DNA of 63,726 bases, taken from positions 1 to 63,726 of IMG/VR virus record IMGVR_UViG_3300025598_000038. One strand, written 5' to 3'. This document shows positions 45,901-54,371 of the stretch, piece after piece (position 1 is the first letter of the stretch; every line of letters begins with the position of its first letter). The notes below the pieces were generated by a model, which searched no databases, was not told where the DNA came from, and saw only the letters and a list, made by a program, of their open reading frames with translations. A program made the position numbers and the translations under genes. Source of the stretch: a virus. Its lineage: Duplodnaviria; Caudoviricetes.

Positions 45901-46647
45901 AGCGCCTTGCAGTGCCGCATCCTGAGCGCCCTGACCCAAAGCAGCCGTTTCCTGCGCCGCGCCAAGCCCCTGCGCGTATTGCTGCTGGCCGATGCCCTGC
46001 AGCAACTGCGCGGCGTTTCCATAAGCGGCTCGATTAGCCTGTTCTGCGCCCAAGTAGACGCCCTGCTGCTGCTGAGCAGCGTTCAGGGCTTGGTTGTAAC
46101 CCTGATTCAGGATGTTGCTGTAGATGTTGGCGTTGGCCAACTGGTTCTGTTGATTCAGATTGGCGGCAGCGATGCCAGCCCGATCTCCGCCAAAGGCGCC
46201 TGACGTGATGGCGTTGCCCAACTGGCCCGCCATGGCCTGTTGTTGGTTCTGATTAAGGAGCGCTGCCTCGCTACCTGCGACGTTCTGCAGGTAAGGCGAC
46301 ATAAACTGATTGATCGCCGCCCCGTTGATCTGAGACGGATCAACATTCTGTCCGGCGCCCAGCGCGTACGCCGTGGCGCCCATGTTGTACGGCTGCGCCC
46401 CGGCATAAGCCGATTGCACGCCACCAATCGCATTCTGGTAGGTGGGCTGCGCCTGATAGGCAGCGGCATTGATGCCTGAGATACCCTGCTGCTGTTGTGG
46501 ATTGATGCCCGCAACGAACTCGCCGTTATAGTATTTGAACGGTGTGTTAGATACCGCATACGCCCGATTAGTGGCCGATTGGTATTGGGCCAATACCTCT
46601 GGCGGTATAGTGGTCTGGTTCGTTGTTTGAGACGTCTTTCCGAACAT
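42970..46647 (-). CDS. Large internal virion/DNA ejection protein
   Basis: Start MFGKTSQ; Gln/Ala-rich N-half with FMSPY..V, GAFGGDRA; many xAxGG motifs. Confidence 0.75.
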   Translation of the reverse strand: MFGKTSQTTNQTTIPPEVLAQYQSATNRAYAVSNTPFKYYNGEFVAGINPQQQQGISGINAAAYQAQPTYQNAIGGVQSAYAGAQPYNMGATAYALGAGQNVDPSQINGAAINQFMSPYLQNVAGSEAALLNQNQQQAMAGQLGNAITSGAFGGDRAGIAAANLNQQNQLANANIYSNILNQGYNQALNAAQQQQGVYLGAEQANRAAYGNAAQLLQGIGQQQYAQGLGAAQETAALGQGAQDAALQGAQAQIGAGTLQQQTQQAQDAALYNQFNMAEAFPFQASQFYTNAVEGIGALSGQTQTTTTPGGLFAARGGAIKREGHAHGGSTSQGGLVGLSGVREPFAYGGVQATPSGVSPVDFNAILQAQQSSLESNAPYAHATFYGSKGNAPYGGTQGLIPQSGNAIPHMLTPNNPRMPQPKSASDQVKSMNDLAEGLNKDWKKGQDIYNSAKNAYNSYQAGRDIKNFQGNIGDINPETADAAQNVVNFGGMPSVANDPPTLARGGLAGYADGGETGLDIPEETSQAKLPSMNSAAPPTDQNAQDLKAIAQVAALFAARGGAIEREGHAYGGVPGVNPAMAPHMGLAMPRPMMQGAGKAEVGGPMHPQIRAALEGLRRAEGGRIHKDKAGVVSGDGGGWDSSDPLPDMPNSDQPQDKPLGWFDMPSLNQFMHPFDTLKQGLAGKQESTPATSRPETAHETMVRQDKEDEARFYPKPGLKPKLAPVASPAAPPPAESYGTSSFVGPASPNFVGEGPPAPEKKPVAAQPADETTATGLAPPAPQSSAVSANPSMIDKLNATPRNPSVAPEEQHPGIISRLFKDEKGNWDPSKIIPIATGVTAAINAPTQHLGNALAYGVNAGVQSYLPTQMKQAEITAQQAQNRGIDIENAIRTNNISADAIDTNKGLVRLAQGNWVPYGQWMDMGQPATWGSAESVAGMNRLAAGKVINAPPQKPVSPIAYQPTNINGRPLVSPEARAEMDLDAQNFMRGPGSMGAASLQRNKTDSDNFENSISAKAEAGRRHGSNLTTLASSISGIDDNTFLHSGPFSDIRATALNYYNDLVKMGGHPELVADQSDITNHTMADKISAALRFNLASDSQQHSLQSLMEAGTGVPGTNLDRHTALSMLSSLMLEKQKDLDKEDYVRDARNYSKSPYSFNARSADRQFRKRDGSDDHYFPDKDKLTAALEDNNFLKGVLNGSFSQQEIQAWERNHNARGITRYILGR

Positions 46648-46648
46648 G

Positions 46649-47146
46649 TTAGTGCTCCGTGCCCTGCCACTTGCCAGTCTGGGCGCCATACAGGAAGAAT
46701 GCGCCGCTAGGTGGGCCAAATTGCCGCTCGTACATGCGGACCTTAGCCGAGGTACGATGGTTTGACAAAACGCCGATGATCAACGGAATTTTCAGATGGT
46801 CGGCGACTTTCTTGCTGAACTCGCACAACTTAGACGCGCGACCGCCCTTTGCGTTGCGAAATTCCGGGTGAATGAAGATGGCCTTTTCTTCGACGACTTG
46901 ATAGTCGGAGTACCACATAGAACCAATCCGAAGCAGAACGGCGCCTTCGATCTTGCCGCCCGGCGCGCCAATAACCGCGCAGAGGCCATGATCATTGTTC
47001 AAGGCAGGCCAGATCTCAGCCGCCATCTTCAGCGGATTCGGATGCAAGAACCCATTCTCTTCGCACGCCATCAGAGCGATGTTCATGATTTCATCAAGGT
47101 CCTGAGGGCCCGCGAGACGAATCTGAAGTTCAACTGGATCGGTCAT
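46649..47146 (-). CDS. GNAT-family acetyltransferase (virion module)
   Basis: IRLAGPQD N-terminus, FIHPEFRNAKGGRASKL acetyl-CoA motif. Confidence 0.75.
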   Translation of the reverse strand: MTDPVELQIRLAGPQDLDEIMNIALMACEENGFLHPNPLKMAAEIWPALNNDHGLCAVIGAPGGKIEGAVLLRIGSMWYSDYQVVEEKAIFIHPEFRNAKGGRASKLCEFSKKVADHLKIPLIIGVLSNHRTSAKVRMYERQFGPPSGAFFLYGAQTGKWQGTEH

Positions 47147-47149
47147 GTC

Positions 47150-47758
47150 TTAATCCCTTTTAGGTCCGGGCAATTTAGATAAAGTCTTAATCGTATTCTT
47201 TCGCATTTCCTTGACCCATGCGTCGAGAACCTTATGTCCACGGTCAAGATCTCCGTCGCCTGCTTCGATCACTTGGTGCGGGGCGAGGACGTATTCTCCG
47301 CCTGCGGCGACGATGGGCACTCCTCCATCTGTTGCGCCGCCAGCCGCACGATGAGGCATTTCAGCGCCATAAGGACCGCCAGACTGACCATAAGGCGCGG
47401 ACCCTCCGCCATAAGGAACTCCTCCAAAAATGCGTTTCATGTGTTTGAAGCCAGCGATCGTGTTGCCTTCGCCCATGGCCGAAATGATGTCGGCAGGAAT
47501 TACATAAGCGCCACTAGGCACATGCATAGGCAGATGATCAGTACGGCCCGCCACAGAACTATGAATTGGTCCCACGTGAAGTTTTCCCCCACCAGAAGCA
47601 GCAGCATGTTTAGTAGGTAAGCGTAAGCCACCGCCCGCTGAACTGCGGGCCGTAGCAAGCGCCGCAGCAATAGCCTGATCTTTAGGGTGACCCGCATGGA
47701 TCATCTCCGCGATGTTGTGGCTAATTGTCTTCTGACTTTTACCGTGAGTAAGAGGCAT
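47150..47758 (-). CDS. Conserved virion-module protein with G-R-T-D...G-x-YV domain
   Basis: MPL..GKSQKTIS.NI.EM..AG.P..QAIAAAL; GPIHSSVAGRTDHLP..VPSGAYVIPADIISAMGEGNT; VPIVAAGGEYVL. Confidence 0.7.
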   Translation of the reverse strand: MPLTHGKSQKTISHNIAEMIHAGHPKDQAIAAALATARSSAGGGLRLPTKHAAASGGGKLHVGPIHSSVAGRTDHLPMHVPSGAYVIPADIISAMGEGNTIAGFKHMKRIFGGVPYGGGSAPYGQSGGPYGAEMPHRAAGGATDGGVPIVAAGGEYVLAPHQVIEAGDGDLDRGHKVLDAWVKEMRKNTIKTLSKLPGPKRD

Positions 47759-47760
47759 GG

Positions 47761-48546
47761 TTAAGCCGCCGTGTTGGAGATGAGGATGCCTTCGACACCG
47801 ATGCCGACTTGGAATGAGCCAGATGCTGGCTCTCCCGCCGCTTGCCATTGGATGTCGGTCTTCTGCGTATAGGCACGGGGCGCAACGCGAAGCGTCCCGT
47901 ATTCGTTCGTGAACGGAGCCTGAAGAAGAATCTGAATCAGGCCCGTACTGGATTGCGTGTACACGCGATAGAACGAGTAGTTACCCGCCGTGTTACCGTT
48001 GAGGCTTGAGTACGCGTTAGAGCGCGTCAGATAGAACGTGTACCCGTTCGGCACGGTGTAGATCATCATCTGACTTTTGCCGTATCCAACAGTGATCTCA
48101 GCGTACTGGAGCGTCTTGCCCGAGTTGCCTACGTTCAGCGTACCTACTGCGTTAACCGTTCCGACCACAGAGATGCCGTTGATCCGCAGGTATGAATTGA
48201 CGGAAGTAACACCCGTCATGCCGTTGGTCAGCGTAAGTGTCTCTGAGATCGCGTTGTAACCGGAATCCAGCCCGTTGATCAGAACCTGCACCGCCGTATC
48301 CGACGCTGACGAACTCCAGAGCAACACCTGCGCCGCTGACGCAGGGTACGTGTACTGCGTAGTGTTCTCCCACACTGGGTAAAACGTAGCGCCCGTGCTG
48401 TTGGGTAACGCGCCTTGGTAGCCGTAGATATTGACGACCGAGCATCCCGGCACGAGGCCACGCGAGACCTGCATGTACCAAGGCGCAGCAATAGAAGTCT
48501 CTGTGCTGCCTGTGTAAATGCTTTGCGGGTAAAGACTGATCGTCAT
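47761..48546 (-). CDS. Virion structural protein
   Basis: MQVSRGLVPG..YG..VWE...SSSASDT..GLD..ETLTL..YLRIN..SQMMIYTVPNGYT family. Confidence 0.65.
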   Translation of the reverse strand: MTISLYPQSIYTGSTETSIAAPWYMQVSRGLVPGCSVVNIYGYQGALPNSTGATFYPVWENTTQYTYPASAAQVLLWSSSASDTAVQVLINGLDSGYNAISETLTLTNGMTGVTSVNSYLRINGISVVGTVNAVGTLNVGNSGKTLQYAEITVGYGKSQMMIYTVPNGYTFYLTRSNAYSSLNGNTAGNYSFYRVYTQSSTGLIQILLQAPFTNEYGTLRVAPRAYTQKTDIQWQAAGEPASGSFQVGIGVEGILISNTAA

Positions 48547-48938
48547 GTCGCGGCCCTGCCTGAAATGTTCACGGTGCAACCCGTCGCAGACGCATAAGCC
48601 TGAATGGTGGCGCCACTATTGAGCACCTGAGTCCCAGTCCATTGCAAGGTGCTATAGGCCGGGATTGAGGCATTGTAGAAAAGCGCGTTAGAGGCGCCCG
48701 GAGTGCCGTTAAGTGGAACCAGCGAAATATAGACCGACAAAGCGGCGCCTGTTGTGTTGCAGACGCAAATATCGTTCACGTACACGCGCGACGAAGTGTT
48801 CGCGGTGTACAAGATCGAGTAAGACGTCGTCAGCGCGCTTTGCGCCAGCAAATTAGCCGCATACGAAGAGATCAGGCCATTGATAGCAATGACGCCGTTT
48901 TTAAGTGCCGACAGGATGTCACTGAGTGAGGCGGCCAT
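48543..48938 (-). CDS. Small tail structural protein
   Basis: MAASLSDILSALKNGVIAIN then a beta domain (LYTA...I.VCNT...L..G..IQA.AS). Confidence 0.6.
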   Translation of the reverse strand: MAASLSDILSALKNGVIAINGLISSYAANLLAQSALTTSYSILYTANTSSRVYVNDICVCNTTGAALSVYISLVPLNGTPGASNALFYNASIPAYSTLQWTGTQVLNSGATIQAYASATGCTVNISGRAAT

Positions 48939-51274
48939 CAGAATTTACCATCCTGTTGACTGCGATAGCGAATGTTTCCCAAACGCCAGAACGTGCCGAC
49001 ATCATTGCTCGAGAGCCCAATGGACACAAGGCGTCCACGGAATCGAGGCGTAATGAACGTCGTCTGCTGCGTCAGCGCATAAGGTCCATACTGAGTAGGC
49101 GTCTGGCCGGGGTAGTTTGCAACGTAGAACGTCAGGTTGACCGTCGCATTCTGGGTGCCGTTGTAGTATCCCCACTTCATGTCAGGCCATACCTGATCGA
49201 CAAAGGTCTTCCAGTCACCTTCGTCGAGGGCAAAGTAACCCGTCTGGAACGAGGCCAACAAAGGCTGCCCATCTGCATCGGTCGAGGTCTCGTGCTGATA
49301 GATGTAGCCAGAAACCGGATCGGCTCCAATAGGCGGTCCAAGAACCGACTGATCGATCCAAGCCGTCCTTCCAAGCGCTCCAAAATCCCAGACGTTTAGA
49401 TAGGCGTTAAATTTGACGTAGTTCGATACTTCGCCGTTGCTGGTCGTCGTTGGGTAATACCAACTGATTTCGCCAAAGCGCGAATTCACGGCAACGCGAA
49501 TTTTAGATAAATTGGTCTGATCAAGGTTCTGGAAGATGACGTCCCAAATAGGGCACGGTAAAGGCTCTACGCCGCTTCCAGAGAGCATGTAGAACTGAGA
49601 CGGACCCATCCAGTAGACAATACCGTTAAGGGCCGCAGCGGCTTTCTTAGCAATCAGGCCGCAACCCGATCCGATCTCGTTGAACGAGTAAATATACGGC
49701 GGCCCCACGTACTGCATGGCCCACAGGTCAACGTCAGTCCACACCAACCCCTGTTGAGGACCCTGAATGGCGCCAATGATCTTAGATCCTTTCGGCAGGC
49801 GGTATGACCCGGCCTGATTGGTGATCTGGCCTACCCAGACGTTGAAGTTGTTTACGTCGCACCAGCGAATCAGAAGCGGATCTTGAATGCCCGTGAATGT
49901 GGTGCCATACGCCACAAGTTGGCGCTGAGGCATCGCCATGAACACGCCTTCGTTGACTGGAGGCCCATAAGGAAGGGCTACGGCCGTGGGCGCGCCGCCA
50001 GATCCATTCCACGCATAAATAGGCGAATATTGAGTGCCGCTATACCCGGCATCGTTAACTCCCACCCCGACCAGAATCTCGCCCCAATTGTCGAGAGTCC
50101 AGTCGTACGCGATGATTTTTGTTCCGGTAGACGGCGTGACTGCAGTGCCAGTGCCGTATCCGCCAGAGCCATATGTGCCGATACCGTACCCGGTGCCGGA
50201 TGGAATCGCGCCAACGCCGAATCCGTAAATGTACCGGGCTAGATTACCGTTGATATAGGCAGAACCCGCGCTTGTGGCCGTGTTCCCTGCGTTGATCGTG
50301 AATTGCGCGGCATTGATGACAGACTGCACGATGTAATTTCCGTACAGGGTGAGACCGTTCAACGTGGTTGATACCAATACCGGATAAGTCGATCCGACCG
50401 AATAACCGTGATACGGCAAAGTAACCGTCACGATCGACGAACTGGTTGTCGTGGTGTACTGAGCCAGAACGGCAGCATTCAGGATTGAAATCGTGCCCGC
50501 AACGGTTTGCGATCCCGTTGTCGAACTAGAAAACGACACCGACGTCGTAGTCGGTGCTGGCGAAGCCAGAACCGTAAACGTGCCGTTGTAGTTTGGCGTA
50601 ACGCCAGAGATTGTGACCGTAGATCCTACGGCCGGGGGCACAGGAAGCGCTGCGAAAGATACCGTCGCAACCGATCCCGTACCAGTGGCCGCTGTCGTCG
50701 CAAGCGTGACTGCGTTAGCCGCAAGCGCGTTCCCGAGCACGTCAGTGGCCATGACCGAATAACTGCCCGCGCTCAAATAGCCATTAGGGTCGCAAGGGTA
50801 CAGGCCAAAGAGAATGACTCCGCCGACAGAAATGTGCGTGGCGATGTATACCGAGTCATAACTTGTGATGCCCGTCACAACCGAATCGTTGATGACAAAG
50901 TACGGGCTGCCTACCGTTGGCGTGTTGACCGATGCCGCAATGTTGTTGACGGTGTAGGTCGGAGTGATGTCTTGGACCGTGCCACCCTGCGGGATGACAG
51001 ACAATGATGCCGACGTCGATGAATTAGGCGACTGCGTTCCAAGCGCAAGGTACGACACAGACTGAGTCGTCTCCCACGCCCAAAGGGCGCGAATCGTTTG
51101 GCTAAAGGCGTACGGATAGAACTTCGTCCATCCGCCCAACTTCTGAATGAGCGCGCCTAAAGTCTTGTCGTAAATGAAACGAATAAGGTTGCTCGACGAA
51201 AAGCCAGCCTCGTTGAGCGCCAACGTCTCGTTAAGATCAATTCCCGGCTTCAGTTTTACGCTTGCGTGTGGCAT
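48938..51274 (-). CDS. Tail nozzle / packaged-DNA stabilisation protein (P22 gp10 / T7 gp12-like)
   Basis: 778 aa beta-propeller-like; KLGGW, LDNWGE, DPLLIRWCD, NQAG, CGLI, R.RGR..WRLG..R...DG motifs. Confidence 0.8.
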   Translation of the reverse strand: MPHASVKLKPGIDLNETLALNEAGFSSSNLIRFIYDKTLGALIQKLGGWTKFYPYAFSQTIRALWAWETTQSVSYLALGTQSPNSSTSASLSVIPQGGTVQDITPTYTVNNIAASVNTPTVGSPYFVINDSVVTGITSYDSVYIATHISVGGVILFGLYPCDPNGYLSAGSYSVMATDVLGNALAANAVTLATTAATGTGSVATVSFAALPVPPAVGSTVTISGVTPNYNGTFTVLASPAPTTTSVSFSSSTTGSQTVAGTISILNAAVLAQYTTTTSSSIVTVTLPYHGYSVGSTYPVLVSTTLNGLTLYGNYIVQSVINAAQFTINAGNTATSAGSAYINGNLARYIYGFGVGAIPSGTGYGIGTYGSGGYGTGTAVTPSTGTKIIAYDWTLDNWGEILVGVGVNDAGYSGTQYSPIYAWNGSGGAPTAVALPYGPPVNEGVFMAMPQRQLVAYGTTFTGIQDPLLIRWCDVNNFNVWVGQITNQAGSYRLPKGSKIIGAIQGPQQGLVWTDVDLWAMQYVGPPYIYSFNEIGSGCGLIAKKAAAALNGIVYWMGPSQFYMLSGSGVEPLPCPIWDVIFQNLDQTNLSKIRVAVNSRFGEISWYYPTTTSNGEVSNYVKFNAYLNVWDFGALGRTAWIDQSVLGPPIGADPVSGYIYQHETSTDADGQPLLASFQTGYFALDEGDWKTFVDQVWPDMKWGYYNGTQNATVNLTFYVANYPGQTPTQYGPYALTQQTTFITPRFRGRLVSIGLSSNDVGTFWRLGNIRYRSQQDGKF

Positions 51275-51277
51275 GTC

Positions 51278-52051
51278 TTATCTCGTCGGCGTAGCGCCCT
51301 GAGGAACAGACATAGACGACCACGCAGAGCCTTGGAACTTCTTCCGGTACTCTTCGAGAATGGCCGCGTTCTTAAGAGCCTGATACTGACCCTCGTAACT
51401 CTGCGCCATGGCTGGATCGTCGCTCATGCGGCCGAAATTACGCTGGAAGGCGCTGATATAGACCATGCTGGCCATGATCAAAAGATCCGGCAGGTATGTG
51501 CTAATAAATGTCGTCGAAGTATTGGCTTGAGCCGTCGTCGCAAACGAATACAAAGTAGGCGTGCGAATCGTGCCGTAAATCGTCACGGGGTACGACTCGT
51601 CGGCGTAAGGTCCAAACATGATGCTGTTATACGTGCTGCCGCCCGACGAAAGGTCTCCGCCTGTCATAGCAAAGAACGCTGGCGTCCCAAGGTTGTTGGG
51701 ATTGCTAAACACTGCCTGCATGTACTCTTTTGACACAGGCTGCAGAGAAACAGCCGGGAGGTAAGGCTGAGTAATTTGCACCGTCTGAATAGTTACAAAG
51801 TCGTCCACAGAGATCTGCAACATGTTTGTATACGGCGAAATCGTGTACGTACGCGGCACTACTGACGGCAGAAGATCTAAATCGCGCTGTATGCGAAGTT
51901 CCGCATAGTTCAACATCTGCGGAATGATGGCGTTGAATGCCGTATCGACGCCCTGAATGACACCGTTGACGGTCGTCGTATTGACGACGGCCATAGTGGC
52001 AATCTGATTGACGTACCCGTTGTAAGTCAGCGGCGTCGTATTGGCGGACAT
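51278..52051 (-). CDS. Head-tail adaptor protein
   Basis: AELRIQRDL, GTPAFFA, GPYAD..Y, TTFISTYLPDLL..ASMV motifs. Confidence 0.75.
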   Translation of the reverse strand: MSANTTPLTYNGYVNQIATMAVVNTTTVNGVIQGVDTAFNAIIPQMLNYAELRIQRDLDLLPSVVPRTYTISPYTNMLQISVDDFVTIQTVQITQPYLPAVSLQPVSKEYMQAVFSNPNNLGTPAFFAMTGGDLSSGGSTYNSIMFGPYADESYPVTIYGTIRTPTLYSFATTAQANTSTTFISTYLPDLLIMASMVYISAFQRNFGRMSDDPAMAQSYEGQYQALKNAAILEEYRKKFQGSAWSSMSVPQGATPTR

Positions 52052-52053
52052 GA

Positions 52054-52485
52054 TTAATCCTTAGCAAACAAAGCCGCTTCAGCGGCTCGTCTAGCAGTCA
52101 ACCCGGGCAATTTCTTGCCGCCAGCCAAATCCCATTTTTGAAATTCAGCATCCGCAGCGGCGTAATCTTTTTCGTTCAAGTACTTCAACAGCGATGAATG
52201 CAAAAGATTTCCAGAGCCTACGTTAAACGTGAAGTCCACCAACGCATCAAATTGATGCTGCGTCAGTGGAACCTTCACGTAGGTATTAACGGCGAGTTCT
52301 GCATTGGCCAAGTCGGCTTCCAGCAGGCTTTCTGCCTGATCCTTTGAGATCACCAGACCCGGATGGACGTCAGGACCCGTATGGCCATAGCCAATGGTCC
52401 AGATGCCAACCGGATCTGGATAGGCGGTAAGTCGGCATGACTCACTGCCTTCTGTAAGGGACAAGCAGTCGCCGTCAACTTTCAT
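52054..52485 (-). CDS. Endolysin, GH24 lysozyme
   Basis: E.CRLTAYPD.VGIWTIGYGHT catalytic E-D-T; QFDALVDFTFNVG; GL..RR.AE. Confidence 0.93.
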   Translation of the reverse strand: MKVDGDCLSLTEGSESCRLTAYPDPVGIWTIGYGHTGPDVHPGLVISKDQAESLLEADLANAELAVNTYVKVPLTQHQFDALVDFTFNVGSGNLLHSSLLKYLNEKDYAAADAEFQKWDLAGGKKLPGLTARRAAEAALFAKD

Positions 52486-52835
52486 ACGGGGGCAGCCACC
52501 GGAGTAGGGGTCGTTGCCGCCGAAACCTGATTCACAACCGTCGTGACAAGCGTGTTCAGCGTCTTCGACGTGAGATCCTTACCCAACGACTTGAATTCAG
52601 TCTCAGCAGAAGCGATGCCCGCCGCAATGGCGCCAGCCGTGCCTCCTGTCGCCAGCCCGGTAAGAGCCGCAAGGCCGATCACTTTGACCGCATTCTCAAG
52701 ATCGGCCACGGCGATACTTTCCAATTCCGAAACAGCAGCCTTGAAGTCGGCTTCGATAGCGGCACCGACCGGGTTGCCATTGAACCACTTACCCAGTGCA
52801 GCAACGTCCTGTTCAAGCGTAGCGAAAAAAGTCAT
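52482..52835 (-). CDS. Lysis-cassette hydrophobic protein
   Basis: 117 aa with a central Ala/Gly hydrophobic stretch; GAGG RBS; coupled to the endolysin. Confidence 0.55.
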   Translation of the reverse strand: MTFFATLEQDVAALGKWFNGNPVGAAIEADFKAAVSELESIAVADLENAVKVIGLAALTGLATGGTAGAIAAGIASAETEFKSLGKDLTSKTLNTLVTTVVNQVSAATTPTPVAAPV

Positions 52836-52838
52836 TGT

Positions 52839-53042
52839 TCATTCCTCTGTTAAATTGCACGAAAATCCAATATCAAACTCAGCCTTCTGCAGGCTTGTCG
52901 CTGTCAGCGGTGTTTCCTTCGGCGGAACTACCGCCGCCGTTGGATGACACTCCAACCCTTGCTGACGTAATTGTGTGCATGACGGCATTAAAAGCAGTGA
53001 CGATAGCCACAATGCCCGCAGCCAGATTCTGTGTGGTGTCAC
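52839..53042 (-). CDS. Overlapping lipoprotein (o-spanin/Rz1-like candidate)
   Basis: GGAG-7nt-GTG start; MTPHRIWLRALWLSSLLLMPS-C signal with Cys; alternate frame inside 52879..53220. Confidence 0.5.
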   Translation of the reverse strand: MTPHRIWLRALWLSSLLLMPSCTQLRQQGLECHPTAAVVPPKETPLTATSLQKAEFDIGFSCNLTEE

Positions 53043-53220
53043 TATCCAACTCCACGTTGAACCCAAAGGCTTTACCCAATCCCAGCAAAGTTCCCAGAAG
53101 CGCAAGAATTACGTTAGTCGCAATTGTGCGGTTTTTCCAAGTTGCCGGGTCAGCGACTTCTTTACCTTCTTTAAACAGTTCGAAGAACTTGGGAATTTGA
53201 GCAAGAAATTTGAACATCAT
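52879..53220 (-). CDS. Holin-like membrane protein (2 TM)
   Basis: WKNRTI..NVILALLG...; two hydrophobic segments; lies in the lysis cassette. Confidence 0.65.
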   Translation of the reverse strand: MMFKFLAQIPKFFELFKEGKEVADPATWKNRTIATNVILALLGTLLGLGKAFGFNVELDSDTTQNLAAGIVAIVTAFNAVMHTITSARVGVSSNGGGSSAEGNTADSDKPAEG

Positions 53221-53453
53221 TGATCCTTCCTGCTGATGGTCTGCAGTTTCTGCTCAATGGCAGTGACTCTGTTTTCCATTTTCAAAGCATAAGAATTGAA
53301 ATTTTCAGCCAACTGATCAACTCGATTGATCAATGAAGTGCCAATCCATGCAATAAGCGCGACCAAAATGGCCAGAAGAGCCCCTGTAAAATCCTTTGAG
53401 GGGATAGTTGATGCTCGCAAAAGTTTTTGCGTATCCAATGGATTGAACTCCAT
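53217..53453 (-). CDS. Single-TM coiled-coil protein (lysis cassette)
   Basis: GALLAILVALIAWIG TM segment followed by coiled coil ...RVTAIEQK. Confidence 0.55.
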   Translation of the reverse strand: MEFNPLDTQKLLRASTIPSKDFTGALLAILVALIAWIGTSLINRVDQLAENFNSYALKMENRVTAIEQKLQTISRKDQ

Positions 53454-53469
53454 GACGACCTCTAAGTTG

Positions 53470-53769
53470 TTAAGCGGCCCCAGCGCCTGAGTACTGCCAG
53501 ACAACAGTGCCGTCTTTAGCAGTCCCATTCACCGGAATTACAGGTTGAGTGGCACCCGTTTTGCCGCCTGTGATGGCGGTTGCATGGAATACCTGACCAG
53601 ACACTACAAAATTGATTACGGATCCTGTAGGAAACGCGGTGTTGGGACCCCAGAAACTAGGCGTCACAACAACGACGGGGGGCTGAGAAGGGCCAGAAGA
53701 ACTTGAGCAGCCCGAAATAACCGCCATCCCCAAGAACGAAAACAGCGCGATCAGATGAAGCGTTTTCAT
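53470..53769 (-). CDS. Lipoprotein
   Basis: MKTLHLIALFSFLGMAVISG-C lipobox; C-terminal GKTGATQP...DGTVVWQY module. Confidence 0.75.
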   Translation of the reverse strand: MKTLHLIALFSFLGMAVISGCSSSSGPSQPPVVVVTPSFWGPNTAFPTGSVINFVVSGQVFHATAITGGKTGATQPVIPVNGTAKDGTVVWQYSGAGAA

Positions 53770-53777
53770 AAAATTCC

Positions 53778-54362
53778 TTAGGTGAAGTAGAAGACGACGG
53801 CGCCTGCGCCGCCGGGACTTGCCGTGCCTGCGTTACCGGCGCTGCCCGCGCCGTATGGCGAACCGTCGCCGGAAACGGTGCCGGTTATGCCGGTTCCGCC
53901 CGTAGGGGCAGAGCCTGATGCGCCGTTTTGGTTGGCCTGATTACCCGCTGTCGGCAATCCGCCCGGAGTGCCGCCGGTCGTTGGCGCTGTACCACCACCA
54001 CCACCAGCCGCTGTCATCGTCGTAAAACCGGTGATATTGCCGCTCGATACCGTCGTCGTACCGCCGCCGCCGCCAGTAGAACCGCCGCCAGATCCGCCAG
54101 AGCCGATAGTAAACGTCAGCGTCTGCGTACCCGATCCGTTCAGCGCATAACTGGACCGCGAATAACTGCCAGACGCGCCGCCACCGCCGGGCGACGTGCC
54201 GCCGCTACCCTGACCACCACCGCCCCAAATTTCGACGACGATGTTGGTCGAGCCGGACGGGACGGTGTATGGGCTCGTTTGATTGATAACGACCTGCGGC
54301 GTAAATCCGCCGCCGCCACCGCCTGCTGCGCCAATAAACCCGATGACTGCACTGCCTGTCAT
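53778..54362 (-). CDS. Glycine-rich tail adhesin-like protein
   Basis: YTVPSG..IVVEIWGGGG.G and polyglycine motifs ending GAVVFYF. Confidence 0.75.
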   Translation of the reverse strand: MTGSAVIGFIGAAGGGGGGFTPQVVINQTSPYTVPSGSTNIVVEIWGGGGQGSGGTSPGGGGASGSYSRSSYALNGSGTQTLTFTIGSGGSGGGSTGGGGGTTTVSSGNITGFTTMTAAGGGGGTAPTTGGTPGGLPTAGNQANQNGASGSAPTGGTGITGTVSGDGSPYGAGSAGNAGTASPGGAGAVVFYFT

Positions 54363-54371
54363 GATTCCCCC

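Noticed and set aside
53778-54362. GG dipeptides in Gly-rich tail proteins as part of the GG-motif system
   Set aside because: Polyglycine adhesin composition, lacking the basic/aromatic-A/K-x-GG context.
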